64,000 nucleotides of DNA from Candidatus Nomurabacteria bacterium (GTDB lineage: Bacteria > Patescibacteriota > Minisyncoccia > Phycocordibacterales > UBA918): the NCBI GenBank assembly GCA_020632155.1, contig JACKGE010000001.1, forward strand, positions 28,011 to 92,010, given 5' to 3'. The notes beneath the pieces are model-generated. The model made no database searches and had not been told where the DNA came from. It was given only the letters and a program-made list of their open reading frames with translations. The position numbers and the translations under genes were made by a program. Position 1 is the first letter of the stretch. Each line of letters opens with the position of its first letter. Of this stretch, positions 9,402 through 19,569 are shown piece after piece.

Positions 9402-9680
9402 ATGGCGCCTAGAAGCAAGGAGACACTCGTAGACATCGTTGTACACGACCTTGAGATTGACGGAGTTGGCAGGTACACAATGATGTCATTCTCATCCCCT
9501 GCACACAAGGAAGAATGCATAACCTTCGCTATCGAGCTGAGTGAGGGCGTCTGGATACCGGGCCCTTTCCCCCAAGCGCTGCTTCATGATCCGGACACCT
9601 TAGAAACTGTCGCCGAGGCACTGGCTAAAGATGGTTATTTGTTAACCAAATCACCAGAACAGCTTTCTCTTTTTAACTAA
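9402..9680 (+). CDS. hypothetical small protein
   Basis: 92 aa. AAAGGAG Shine-Dalgarno 7 nt upstream, preceded by a TATAAT element. Confidence 0.4.
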   Translation: MAPRSKETLVDIVVHDLEIDGVGRYTMMSFSSPAHKEECITFAIELSEGVWIPGPFPQALLHDPDTLETVAEALAKDGYLLTKSPEQLSLFN

Positions 9681-9778
9681 ACGTGTGTACTTAATCCCCT
9701 CGCCTACTTGCAGGGTGCGTGGGGAGGCGTAGGATAGAAGTATCAGGCGATACATGTGCCTGAAGGAAGGAGGACGCC

Positions 9779-9904
9779 ATGAAGCGATTGTGGCAATGGT
9801 TTGACGGACTGGTCTTTCTGTTCCGGCAACGGCCGGACAAAGGTGCCTATACGGGCTACAAGCTCGGACGCGACCCGCAGGCGGGCGCTGGGCACACGCC
9901 CTGA
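9779..9904 (+). CDS. small ORF (41 aa) with strong Shine-Dalgarno
   Basis: AAGGAGG 6 nt upstream of the ATG. The peptide is MKRLWQWFDGLVFLFRQRPDKGAYTGYKLGRDPQAGAGHTP. A perfect terminator follows immediately. Confidence 0.3.
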   Translation: MKRLWQWFDGLVFLFRQRPDKGAYTGYKLGRDPQAGAGHTP

Positions 9905-9928
9905 GGCCGCTTGGCGGCTCCGAATTCG

Positions 9929-9958
9929 AAAGCCGCGCAGTTCGCGCGGCTTTTTTCT
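9929..9958. terminator. bidirectional rho-independent terminator
   Basis: AAGCCGCGC...GCGCGGCTTTTTT hairpin. It ends both the small plus-strand ORF and the minus-strand P1B-ATPase gene. Confidence 0.6.
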
Positions 9959-11881
9959 TTATACTTTTCCAAACAGGAGGCGGAGGCCATTTGCGACTAC
10001 CAGAAGTGTGCCGCCTTCATGGCCGATAACACCGAGCGGAAGCGGTAAGTGACCGAAAATAGTCACCAGCACCATAAGAGCCATGATGCCGACGGCAAAG
10101 TAGAGATTTTGCTTGATGATGGTGTTAGCCTTTTTGGCGAGTTTGTGCGCCCGCGCTATTTTACCAAGGTCATCAGAGAGAAGCGCCACGTCAGCGGCCT
10201 CCATAGCGACGTCACTTCCTCCCACGCCAATTGCAAGGCCTACCTCGGCAGTAGCGAGAGCAGCCGCGTCGTTAACGCCGTCACCGACAAAGGCCACCGT
10301 GCCGTGCTCTTTTAGCTTCTCTAATAGTGCCACCTTTTGTTCCGGCAGCAGTGAGCCATGGACCGAGTCGTTTTGAACTCCTAGCTCTTTTGCGATAGCA
10401 GCTGCAACAGCGCTCGTGTCGCCAGTTAGCATAACTACTTCCTGTACTCCCTGCGCTTTAAGTGCTGCTAAGGCCTCAGCCGCTGAACTGCGGACTGCGT
10501 CGGCAATCGCAATAATGCCGAGTACCTCGGTAGCGTGACCCAAGATGACGGTGGTCTTGCCGGCGGTCTCAAAGGCTTTTAGTTTTTCGTCTACCTCACT
10601 AGCTAAGGTGTGTAGTTGGCGTTTCAGGAGCGCGCGGTTACCGATCCAGTAGGCTGTACCATTAATAGTAGCGGTCATGCCGTGGCCGGGGAGTGCCTCA
10701 GCGTTTACCGCCTCCGGTACGTTCACTCCCTCCTTGCTGGCATGCGCGCGAATACTGGCAGCGAGCGGATGTTCAGAATGTGTCTCAACAGCAGCAGCGA
10801 GCGCGAGAATCTCAGCACCGGAGTACTCGCTTAGTGACACCACGTCGGTGACCTGCATTTTGCCTTCAGTCAACGTACCAGTTTTATCAAAGGCCATAGT
10901 GTGAATGGAGCCAAGACTCTCCATAGCCGCGCCGTCTTTAAATAGAACGCCAGTGCGGGCGGAAGCAGCAATGGCTGAGAGAATAGCGGCCGGCACACTG
11001 ATAACAATAGCGCACGGACTTGCAACCACGAGCAGCGTAGCAGCTTTATAAAACGCTTCGCTGCTTGGGAGGCCAATAAACAAAAAGATACCTAGGGCAG
11101 CAGCGCTACCGACAAGCACAAAGATGGTGTACCGCTGACCAAACCAGTCGCTGAAGCGCTCGCTCGGCGAGCGCTTCTCTTGCGCTTCGGTCACGAGCTT
11201 GATCATGCGCGCAATGGTCGACTGCTCGGCGGTCTTGGTGACGGTGATGGTAAGGACGGCGTTTTGATTGACCGTACTGGCAAACACTTCGTCACCAACA
11301 GTCTTATCAACCGGTACAGACTCGCCAGTAACTGACGATTGGTCGATAGCGCCTGAACCCGATTCCACCACCCCATCAACCGGCACGCGCTCTCCGGGGC
11401 GGACAATTACCTTTTGCCCAAGCAAAAGCTCCTCAACACGCACGCGGGAGGTAGAGCCGTCGGCATTAAGCACATTAGCCTCGTCGGGGCGTATTTCCAT
11501 AAGGGCCGCGACGGCGCGCTTGGTGTTACCCATGGCGTACCCCTCAAGAGTGCCTGCTAAGCTAAAGAGAAACAGCAAAATAGCGCCGTCACGCGGCTCG
11601 CCGACACCGGCCGCGGCCAATGCTGCCAAGACCATGAGGAGGTCAATATTGATAGAACCTTCAAAGAGCGATTTGATAGCCTCCTTGCCTGCCGGCAAGC
11701 CTCCGGCGAGGTACGCCACCACGTAGGCGGCCACAACCAGCAGACCGGTAATACCAAAAAATGGCAGCGCCACCGCAGTCAAAAGCCCAAGAAGCGTGAT
11801 GCTCGTTAAGATAACGCCAAGGCGCACCTCTTTACGCTCCTCTTCGATCTCAGCAAATACCTTTTCCGCCAGTGTTTCCAT
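9959..11881 (-). CDS. heavy-metal translocating P1B-type ATPase
   Basis: 640 aa. DKTGTLT, SPC in TM6, GDGVNDAAAL and HEGGT are present. No N-terminal HMA domain. Confidence 0.9.
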   Translation of the reverse strand: METLAEKVFAEIEEERKEVRLGVILTSITLLGLLTAVALPFFGITGLLVVAAYVVAYLAGGLPAGKEAIKSLFEGSINIDLLMVLAALAAAGVGEPRDGAILLFLFSLAGTLEGYAMGNTKRAVAALMEIRPDEANVLNADGSTSRVRVEELLLGQKVIVRPGERVPVDGVVESGSGAIDQSSVTGESVPVDKTVGDEVFASTVNQNAVLTITVTKTAEQSTIARMIKLVTEAQEKRSPSERFSDWFGQRYTIFVLVGSAAALGIFLFIGLPSSEAFYKAATLLVVASPCAIVISVPAAILSAIAASARTGVLFKDGAAMESLGSIHTMAFDKTGTLTEGKMQVTDVVSLSEYSGAEILALAAAVETHSEHPLAASIRAHASKEGVNVPEAVNAEALPGHGMTATINGTAYWIGNRALLKRQLHTLASEVDEKLKAFETAGKTTVILGHATEVLGIIAIADAVRSSAAEALAALKAQGVQEVVMLTGDTSAVAAAIAKELGVQNDSVHGSLLPEQKVALLEKLKEHGTVAFVGDGVNDAAALATAEVGLAIGVGGSDVAMEAADVALLSDDLGKIARAHKLAKKANTIIKQNLYFAVGIMALMVLVTIFGHLPLPLGVIGHEGGTLLVVANGLRLLFGKV

Positions 11882-11935
11882 ACGCCGTCATAGTAGCGCA
11901 CCTAGGACCAATATTAAAGCTGCCAAGCAACCTTT

Positions 11936-12334
11936 TTAGTGCTTTCCGGCTACTTTGAAATTCACAAACAAATTAAGGAGATAGTTCCAAAAGCCGGTCA
12001 CTGCCGCCACGATAAGTCGCGACGGCAAAAGCGGCAGTCCAAGTAGGCTAACGAGCACATACATACCAGCAAGCACAATGAGAAGGCCGAGTACCGCAAT
12101 AGAAAGGAAGTTCAGGTACCCGCTGCCGGTACTACGGAGCGAACCGCGAAAGACATACCGCCGACTGAGCACGTAATTAAGCGAGACCGCAATGAGGAAC
12201 GATACACCAGCAGCTGGTAGGTACGGGACTTTGAAATAGTCGGTCAGGAAAACAAGTAACAACAGGTCGAGCGCAAACGTTGCCGTACCCACAAACGTGT
12301 ACTTTATAAATCTCTCGATGGTCTTTTGCATCAC
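11936..12334 (-). CDS. GtrA-family membrane protein
   Basis: 132 aa, 4 TM helices. N-terminal FIKYTFVGTATFALDLLLLVFL is typical of GtrA-like proteins. Confidence 0.6.
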   Translation of the reverse strand: MMQKTIERFIKYTFVGTATFALDLLLLVFLTDYFKVPYLPAAGVSFLIAVSLNYVLSRRYVFRGSLRSTGSGYLNFLSIAVLGLLIVLAGMYVLVSLLGLPLLPSRLIVAAVTGFWNYLLNLFVNFKVAGKH

Positions 12335-12338
12335 GCTC

Positions 12339-14750
12339 TTAACTATTACTAAGCGGCTTGGCTGGCTTCACTGTAGGATGACTAAAACGGTCAATGAGTT
12401 TGTACGTGCCCACCTTCACAAAGTCATTGAAGACAAACCACACCGTAGCGTACAGCCAGATAAGAGCTATGGTGCCAAAGCTAATGGCCGGCATAAAGAT
12501 ACCGAAGTACGCAATAGCGGTGCCTAAGAGGCGTGAGGAGAAGGCCGGAATGAAGAACTTAAGCGCAGGAAACGGTCGTTCCCAAAAGTGCCGGCGACCG
12601 GTGCGGGTGAGGTAGAGCGTAGAGTGACCAGCCACGTCGAGCTTGAGGAAGATGATGGTCTGGATGACCGCTATCTCTACTCCGCTAATATCAAGGAATG
12701 AAAATAGCAGGAATGATGAGATAACACCAAGGAAACCGAGTACCGACGCCACGATGAGCATTTCTTTCATCCGCCAACGAACCGGACCAGCAAAGCGCGG
12801 CACATTATCATATGAGATAGCAAGTACCGGGATGTCATTGAGGAGTGCCAAAAGAATAATCATGGCAGCCGAGACCGGTGTGAAATCAAAGAAGACAACA
12901 CAGAGCGCCACAAAGAACACAATGCGAATCGTCTCAGAGATACGGAAGGTGGCGTACGACTGCATGCGCGCAAAAGTATCGCGTGCGTGGTCAATCGCTT
13001 TGCGAATCACCGACAGACTTGAATCTAGGAGTACGAGGTCAGCCGCCTTTTGCGCAGCTGCCGTAGCGCCTTTGACGGCAATACCAACGTCAGCTTTCTT
13101 AAGCGCTGGCGCGTCGTTCACGCCATCACCGGTCATGGCCACGATATGGTCGTTCTGTTGCAACGACTCAACGATACGGTATTTATCAGCCGGAACTACC
13201 TCAGAGAAGACATCTGTGGCTACGATGTCGTCGTGTGCTTCCTTGAAACTACGGGCAAAGATTGCCGGCAGCTTTGAAGCCTCCATAACACGCTTACCGA
13301 TAGCAAGCTGCGCTCCGATAAAGGATGCGATGGCATGGTTGTCGCCGGTGAGCATCTTCACCACAATGCCCCGCTCGCGGATGTCAGACAGGACCTCTTT
13401 AGAGTCAGCCCGTGGTGGATCCATAAGCGGCACGAGACCAACGAGCTGATACTCTTCGCCTTCACGCTTGATGGCAATGGCGATGGTGCGGAAACCATCA
13501 GTAGCGTAGGTGTCAACATCGCTGCGAAGCGTCGCCCGTTCGGTACTCGTAACGAGCTCAGCTACCACTTGCGCGGCGCCCATCACCACATGAATACTGG
13601 TATTGTCCTTGCGTACCTGCGCCTCAGTAGTTTTGCGAATGGGATCAAACGGCGTGAATGACTCAATTTCGTAATCATTGATATGCTCCAAGTACCCTTC
13701 CTTTTCTGCATGGGCGTAGAGCGCTTTTTCAATGGCGGTGATACATTCTTCTTCCGAGGCGACTACAGCATAGACATAGAGCTCTGCTTCAGAAAATGAG
13801 TTATAGAGAGTCGGTGGGTACGCTTTAATGGCGTTTTCGGTCAGGGTACCCGTCTTATCGATACAAAGGTGATCGACACCCGCCAGTTCCTCAACTGCCT
13901 TAAAGTCAGAAACAATGGCCTTGTGCCGCGCCAGCGTAGCAGCGCCAATGGCCATAGTGACCGAAAGTACCGCCGGCAGTGCCACTGGAATTGAAGCGAT
14001 GGTAAGGACAATGGCAAAGCGGAGCGTTTCCAAGAGCGGGTCACCGCGCAAAATGAGCACAGTTGAAGCAATGACAACCACACCAATAGAGACCAGTATC
14101 AAAAAGCGGCCAATACGCAATATGGCCGTCTGAAAATGACTTCCCTCCTCGCGCTCTGCTTTGGCCACTAAGTGAGCACTCTCACCTATCTTGGTGTGCG
14201 TACCGGTAGCAGTCACCTCAGCAAAAGCTGAACCCATCTGAATAATGGCGCTGGAGAGAATGTTGTCACCGCGCGTGACTTCAACCGGCAGTGACTCGCC
14301 GGTAATGGCTGACTGGTCGACAGTGAGCTGGGTATCTTCAAGGAGCCGCAGGTCCGCCGGAGCAATGTCGCCGATGGCCAGTTTGACTACGTCCCCCGGT
14401 ACCAGCTCGCGAGCCGGCAGTTGTTGTACCTTACCGTCACGCAGCGCGAGCGCGGTTGGCGCCATGGCGCTGGTGAGTGCTGCCAACGCTTTGCTCGCTT
14501 TGCGCTCTTGGAGAACATCAACGGTGATATTGACGACGAGCAGAACGAGGATGATAGAAAAATCCTCCCAGCGGCCCACAATGGCCGAAAGTACGAGCGC
14601 GAACTCAATCATGAGCGGTATCGGGGAGATGAATTTTTTGAGTACCTTAAGCCACGTCGAAAGGGTTTTCTCTTCTATTTCATTAAAACCATATTTCGCT
14701 TGGCGCTCTTTTGCCTCCGCTGTCGTAAGTCCTGCAAAATCGTGTTTCAT
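12339..14750 (-). CDS. cation-transporting P-type ATPase (P3A H+-ATPase-like)
   Basis: 803 aa. CIDKTGTLTEN and MTGDGVNDAPALKKADVGIAV motifs, IPVALP in TM4, and ten predicted TM helices. Confidence 0.85.
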   Translation of the reverse strand: MKHDFAGLTTAEAKERQAKYGFNEIEEKTLSTWLKVLKKFISPIPLMIEFALVLSAIVGRWEDFSIILVLLVVNITVDVLQERKASKALAALTSAMAPTALALRDGKVQQLPARELVPGDVVKLAIGDIAPADLRLLEDTQLTVDQSAITGESLPVEVTRGDNILSSAIIQMGSAFAEVTATGTHTKIGESAHLVAKAEREEGSHFQTAILRIGRFLILVSIGVVVIASTVLILRGDPLLETLRFAIVLTIASIPVALPAVLSVTMAIGAATLARHKAIVSDFKAVEELAGVDHLCIDKTGTLTENAIKAYPPTLYNSFSEAELYVYAVVASEEECITAIEKALYAHAEKEGYLEHINDYEIESFTPFDPIRKTTEAQVRKDNTSIHVVMGAAQVVAELVTSTERATLRSDVDTYATDGFRTIAIAIKREGEEYQLVGLVPLMDPPRADSKEVLSDIRERGIVVKMLTGDNHAIASFIGAQLAIGKRVMEASKLPAIFARSFKEAHDDIVATDVFSEVVPADKYRIVESLQQNDHIVAMTGDGVNDAPALKKADVGIAVKGATAAAQKAADLVLLDSSLSVIRKAIDHARDTFARMQSYATFRISETIRIVFFVALCVVFFDFTPVSAAMIILLALLNDIPVLAISYDNVPRFAGPVRWRMKEMLIVASVLGFLGVISSFLLFSFLDISGVEIAVIQTIIFLKLDVAGHSTLYLTRTGRRHFWERPFPALKFFIPAFSSRLLGTAIAYFGIFMPAISFGTIALIWLYATVWFVFNDFVKVGTYKLIDRFSHPTVKPAKPLSNS

Positions 14751-14753
14751 ACG

Positions 14754-15689
14754 TTATGACTTAAGTAGGCTGAGTGCTTCGTTTATCGGAATGGCAAAAT
14801 TGAGATTTTGGACCTGCACGATGTTGGCATCATACTCCACCGACCACGTGGGAATAGCTATCAGCGCACCGTACTCATTGATGACCGCACCGCCACTATT
14901 TCCACTGGAGATCGGGTTGGTTATTTGGATATTTGTTCCCATCCCTTGGGATTGATAGCTGCGAACACCCGCCACATTACCGACCGAGAGTGTGTTTATA
15001 AAACCTTCTGCGTGCCCAATGACCAGTGTTTCATCTCCGATCCGAACCAGGTCCGAATCGCCAACGGCAATCGGTTGCAGGTCGACGGCATTGACCTTGA
15101 GGAACGTGATATCGAGCAGTTCATCGCTCGCGACCACACCGGTCACTGGGTAATGTTGTCCGTCGGAAGTAGTGACCACGACTTTTACGGCATTATCGAT
15201 GACATGGTAATTGGTCATAATGAGTCCATCGGCGGTTAGGATAGTACCGCTGCCCAGATATATCCAACCATCAGCATCTTCGATTGTTAAATAGACAACA
15301 CTTTGCACACTGCTTAGGTAATTGTCTTGGTTGGGTATCGGCGTAGTGCTACTCTCCCGCAAAAACTCGTATGGTCGAATAGGTAGTGGGTTGTAATAGA
15401 GTTCTTGGAAGTTCGGTTCGACCTGTTCCAGCACTTCATCTATTTCTGAATCGAGTGCCAACACTTCGTCCGGCGTAGTAGTGTCTTCGTACGGCAGATA
15501 GCTTTGAATATACGGCCACACCCACCAGCCCACAAACATGAACAAGACAACGGCATTTATGAACCACTGAAACAATCTGTACATAAGAGGCGACAAGTTA
15601 TGAATGTACCCCCAATGGTAGCATGCTAATGCTTGTATAAGACAAAAAAGCCACCCGGTGAACCGGGTGGCATGAAAGGTCAGGAACAC
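14754..15689 (-). CDS. S1C trypsin-like serine protease (HtrA-like, no PDZ), membrane anchored
   Basis: 311 aa. GNSGGA catalytic Ser motif and an N-terminal TM helix. Confidence 0.75.
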   Translation of the reverse strand: MFLTFHATRFTGWLFCLIQALACYHWGYIHNLSPLMYRLFQWFINAVVLFMFVGWWVWPYIQSYLPYEDTTTPDEVLALDSEIDEVLEQVEPNFQELYYNPLPIRPYEFLRESSTTPIPNQDNYLSSVQSVVYLTIEDADGWIYLGSGTILTADGLIMTNYHVIDNAVKVVVTTSDGQHYPVTGVVASDELLDITFLKVNAVDLQPIAVGDSDLVRIGDETLVIGHAEGFINTLSVGNVAGVRSYQSQGMGTNIQITNPISSGNSGGAVINEYGALIAIPTWSVEYDANIVQVQNLNFAIPINEALSLLKS

Positions 15690-16735
15690 GGCAGTTTTGC
15701 CTCAGCGAGATAGCGGTGAAGACTCTGGACCGCTGAGCTCCCACCACCCACACCAGCTGCAATCCGCTTGGTCGAGCCTAAAAGGATGTCGCCAGCAGCG
15801 AACACGCCTGACATAGAGGTTTCCTGCGGAAGCTTCGGGCCATGACTGGTGTCGAGAGCCACATCAGTGCCGATAAAGCCACGCTGGTCGCGCACAATCT
15901 CGGGCGATAGCCACTCGACCTTCGGCTGAGCTCCGATAAAGATGCAGAGATGGTCCGCTTTGAGCGCGGACCGTGTTCCTTGAACATCTTCAAGCGTTAG
16001 GCATTCGAGTTTGCCATTACCACTTGCCTCGACAACTGAGAACCCTTGCATCACCTCAACATTTGGGGCGGCATGGACACGGTCGACCAGGTACTTCGAC
16101 ATCTGTGACTCGATTGGCTTAGTGCCACGAATGAGCACCTTGACCTTCGCGTCCTCGTTTTGCGACAAGTGCATGATCGCTTGACCCGCTGAATTTGCCC
16201 CGCCGACGACACAGATGGTGCACTTGCCCATCTGATGCGGGTTGGTAGTCGGTGCCCCATACTGCACACCTCGATTGAGCAACTCCTTGATGCCGGGTGC
16301 GTCGAGTTTGCGGTACGACAATCCATTGGCAAGAATGACTGCTTTGGTCCGATACTCACCCCCTTCTTTGGTGCGGACAAGCTTTGTGCCGTCACGAAGG
16401 AGCTCGAGACTTTTGGCGTGTTTTGGGCACACAATCTCGGTCCCCAAGCGACTCGCCTGCTTTTCGGCGAGAGACATGAGTTGTGCCCCCGTGATTCCTT
16501 CTGGGAATCCAAGGTAGTTTTCGATGGCCGCGCTGCCAATGGCTTGGCCACCGAGCACTCGTTCGTATTTTACCGACCCGTCGGTAAACCTGGTCTTGCG
16601 ACCAGATTCGATGAGCAGAACATTGTCGAGTTCGGAAGCGCCGTTGATAGCGGCACTGAGGCCAGCCGGCCCACCGCCGATGATGACCAGATTGTACAAC
16701 ATGGAAGTCCTCACTTTCTCCTGTTTTATCCGCAA
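15680..16735 (-). CDS. thioredoxin-reductase-like FAD/NAD(P)-dependent disulfide oxidoreductase
   Basis: 351 aa. GGGPAG FAD-binding motif, a CTIC redox CxxC, and a second GGANSAGQ Rossmann motif. Overlaps the upstream gene by 10 nt. Confidence 0.75.
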   Translation of the reverse strand: MRIKQEKVRTSMLYNLVIIGGGPAGLSAAINGASELDNVLLIESGRKTRFTDGSVKYERVLGGQAIGSAAIENYLGFPEGITGAQLMSLAEKQASRLGTEIVCPKHAKSLELLRDGTKLVRTKEGGEYRTKAVILANGLSYRKLDAPGIKELLNRGVQYGAPTTNPHQMGKCTICVVGGANSAGQAIMHLSQNEDAKVKVLIRGTKPIESQMSKYLVDRVHAAPNVEVMQGFSVVEASGNGKLECLTLEDVQGTRSALKADHLCIFIGAQPKVEWLSPEIVRDQRGFIGTDVALDTSHGPKLPQETSMSGVFAAGDILLGSTKRIAAGVGGGSSAVQSLHRYLAEAKLPCS

Positions 16736-16826
16736 AGAAAATAGAATATTTTTACCGTGGCGTCAAGACACTGGTTTATGAATACGTTAGACTTTTACGA
16801 CGGTGTCTTGTGACAAACCTCTTGTT

Positions 16827-17879
16827 CTAAGGCACGCAGGCAAACATATTCTCAGGTGTGGTGCGACACGTGCCCGTATTAGTACCGATGGAGCAACTGG
16901 CTCCGTTTGACTTGCCGGAGCACGCATCAACTGCAGCTTGCGGCGGGCCACTACGTGGACCACCGTTTTGACCGGCTGGTCCAGCGCCACCACCAAAGCG
17001 ATCGAAGCTATCATCAGGAAGACCGTGCACGCAGCGTTGAATGTACGGGAAACTATCGGTAAAGAAATAGACGTACTGTTCACCAATGAATGTCCCATTG
17101 CACTCATCTAGCTCACCAAGACCGGTCACATACTCAAAGTCTTGCGTGTACGTGCCATCATATACCCCGCCCGGTCCACTTGGTCGTGTGCCACTTTTTA
17201 CTCTCCAGCTAGAGTGATACGCATTTGACTGAGAGTACAGGATTGGAAAACCATCTGAAGCCCACGCCAGCTGGATAAGGTCATCGGACTGGTCAGATAG
17301 AGCGTCTTTAAGTAGTCCACTTGGAACGGCGTGGTAATGGTACGTACCATCCGGTTGTACGTGCGCATTGGACCAATCAATACCCAGACCACCCATGCCG
17401 TTAGCATCAAACGCCTCAATGGCCCAGTCGGTATTCTGATACCGTTCTGCTGTACCGGGTTCGAGCGGAATGCCATTTAAGGCCACGCCGGGGATAGGTG
17501 CATCAGTAACAGTACTTTGATACTGCGGTGACATACTCACTCGGTAGTCGTGGTTTTGCTCGCTAATGGTGTTTGGATTCCCAGGATTTGGAAATTTGCC
17601 TGTCTCATGCTCCGGCAGACCATCGGAAGTTATGTAACGGTACGAGCCGTCTGTGCTGATGTGAGCACTGCCGTAGGCTCCGGTATAGAGAGAAACGATA
17701 GGCGCGTCATCCGAATAAACGACCTCTAATTCATGGTCTTCGTGCATTGTGCCATCCTCATGAGCATGCATGGATTCATCATGCATAGCAGGCTCACTAC
17801 TAATAGTGTTATGAAAAAAATAGTAACCTCCAGTCAAGACAACTGCGGTGGCCAACACGCCAATTAAGAATTGTTGCAT
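16827..17879 (-). CDS. secreted YHYH-domain protein with Cys-rich C-terminus
   Basis: 350 aa. Signal/TM segment, a GTYHYHAVPSG (YHYH) motif, and a C-terminal Gly/Cys-rich tail. Confidence 0.6.
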   Translation of the reverse strand: MQQFLIGVLATAVVLTGGYYFFHNTISSEPAMHDESMHAHEDGTMHEDHELEVVYSDDAPIVSLYTGAYGSAHISTDGSYRYITSDGLPEHETGKFPNPGNPNTISEQNHDYRVSMSPQYQSTVTDAPIPGVALNGIPLEPGTAERYQNTDWAIEAFDANGMGGLGIDWSNAHVQPDGTYHYHAVPSGLLKDALSDQSDDLIQLAWASDGFPILYSQSNAYHSSWRVKSGTRPSGPGGVYDGTYTQDFEYVTGLGELDECNGTFIGEQYVYFFTDSFPYIQRCVHGLPDDSFDRFGGGAGPAGQNGGPRSGPPQAAVDACSGKSNGASCSIGTNTGTCRTTPENMFACVP

Positions 17880-18132
17880 ATAAAAAGTATAGCAGAGGTG
17901 CCGGACTGGGGGTCTCTCTCGTTACACGAGCAATATAGGTTGTCGATATCTTCTAAAAAAATCAGGCAACCTCTTTAAGCCCTAGTCCGGCTAGCAAAAA
18001 GTATGGTCTCAGAAAGGCATGCTTTCTGTTCCCTATTTTGCTGACCGTCTGGGACGATGTTGGAACTTTAATATAAAAATGAAAACCGCCCGCAATGAAG
18101 AGAGCGATCTTCGGTTGCATGGGCGGTTTGGC

Positions 18133-18693
18133 TTAGAATGTGGATATACCGGTGATGAGACCGATGCGCAGCGCTTTCTTCACTGAGATCTCAGCGTCGA
18201 TGCCAGTGCCACGAAGCAACTCTTTCTCCACGGCTTTCTTGCTGATCTTCAGCTTGCGAGTATAGAAAGCGACTTGCCGCTTGTGAAGCTGAGCATTATC
18301 CCTCTTCCATTCATCCACCTTCCTTTCGTAGTCGAGATTGTACTCAATCTCGATCCCGGCAGTTTGCCTATGGAGAACGAAGGTGGACTCAGGATGCGCA
18401 GTGCGCGACCGACAGCTAAGCAAAGCATAGGTGGCGGCAGAATTACAAGCTCCCCACACCCTCGCATCAACCGGCACAGGAAACTCCTGTTCGATGAATT
18501 GCGCCAGCCTGAATCCAGCGTCTGTATGGCCGCCCGGACTTGAGATCGCGAGCTTAACTTCGTTTGCGCCAGCGTGTTTGATCAGATCAAGAATGACCTG
18601 ATTCACATGATCATGATCAATCGGTCCGAGAAAGACCTCGCCACGACCAAGGTAATAGTTCCTTAGAGCTTCGCGTTCATCAGGGGTATACAT
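18133..18693 (-). CDS. ClpP-family (S14) serine protease-like protein, possibly phage-type
   Basis: 186 aa. ISSPGG is close to the ClpP INSPGG motif. A candidate Ser-His pair lies in CNSAATY...HPESTFVLHRQ. Confidence 0.55.
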   Translation of the reverse strand: MYTPDEREALRNYYLGRGEVFLGPIDHDHVNQVILDLIKHAGANEVKLAISSPGGHTDAGFRLAQFIEQEFPVPVDARVWGACNSAATYALLSCRSRTAHPESTFVLHRQTAGIEIEYNLDYERKVDEWKRDNAQLHKRQVAFYTRKLKISKKAVEKELLRGTGIDAEISVKKALRIGLITGISTF

Positions 18694-18761
18694 TTCTTCG
18701 TCCTTTGTATGATGTGCTATTTATAAAATTAAAGCACGTAAAAATGTAAAAGTCAATTTGC

Positions 18762-18830
18762 TGGCGGACTAGGACTCGAACCTAGATAACGGGAACCAAA
18801 ATCCCGGGTCCTACCATTAGACGATCCGCC
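18762..18830 (-). tRNA. tRNA-Gln(TTG)
   Basis: Cloverleaf on the minus strand. Anticodon stem CGGGA/UCCCG with loop UUUUGGU, and T-arm CUAGG-UUCGAGU-CCUAG. Confidence 0.8.
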
Positions 18831-18832
18831 AA

Positions 18833-19525
18833 TTATTGATTTGTGGCCGCGATTATAGCATAAATCCATCCCATAATGCGACGGTTTAGCCTAGTACTTT
18901 GTTTGACCCTAATTGATACTAACCCAATGTAGTCAGAGCCTGTTTTAGCTCTTACGGTTCTAGGATTATGTTTTTTATACAATGTTGTGGAAAAATTTTT
19001 CAAAGGCAAGTCAACAGCATCAGACCAAACTTTTTTAATACTTTTCTCACGCACTTTGTGTGAAATATGAAGGTGTAACCTCATTACTATGTCCTCCTGT
19101 AAAACACCACAACATTTTTTAAGCCATACAACGAAAAGTTGTACCATGGCAGGATCCGAATTTGCAAAATCAACCATCGTTCCTGGCCGATTACCAGCAC
19201 GCTTAGTGCCCTCCGCCCAATATAATGCTACCCCGAGCAAGAATAGCTCTCTATCGGAAATAGACGTTATGTCTTTTTGACCTTGTTTGTTTAACTCTTT
19301 TACTTCCGCGATTCTGATTGCACGCTTTTTGGCACCACCACGCTTTTGTGCCGCATATTTTTTAGCAGTAAGTCTTTGTCTCTGAGTTTTAGCCAGACCA
19401 ACATCACGTAACCAGAGCGAAAGAGTAGATTTAGAAACTGGGACGACATCCAAAATTTCATTGTATGTTTTGCCTTGTTTGCGTAAAGAAATTGCTTTCT
19501 TTTTTTCTAGAAATTTTCTAACCAC
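18833..19525 (-). CDS. HTH-domain protein with LAGLIDADG-like motif (possible homing-endonuclease relative)
   Basis: 230 aa. Starts 3 nt from the tRNA-Gln 5' end. N-terminal HTH (YNEILDVVPVSKSTLSLWL). LLGVALYWAEGTK resembles a single LAGLIDADG motif. Confidence 0.35.
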   Translation of the reverse strand: MVRKFLEKKKAISLRKQGKTYNEILDVVPVSKSTLSLWLRDVGLAKTQRQRLTAKKYAAQKRGGAKKRAIRIAEVKELNKQGQKDITSISDRELFLLGVALYWAEGTKRAGNRPGTMVDFANSDPAMVQLFVVWLKKCCGVLQEDIVMRLHLHISHKVREKSIKKVWSDAVDLPLKNFSTTLYKKHNPRTVRAKTGSDYIGLVSIRVKQSTRLNRRIMGWIYAIIAATNQ

Positions 19526-19569
19526 CGAACCTAGTATAACATGTGTATAAACTAAGTTCTTAGTTTTAT

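Noticed and set aside
12643-13449. 268-aa plus-strand ORF inside the P-type ATPase gene, plus similar long antisense ORFs (45593..46492 in the malic enzyme, 57445..58086 and 58090..58755 in ftsH, 42675..43220 in pilM, 16235..16744 in the TrxB-like gene, and 14245..14955)
   Set aside because: They lie antisense within genes that have strong conserved motifs. Their Ser/Ala/Arg/Thr-rich low-complexity composition is typical of the non-coding frames of mid-GC DNA.
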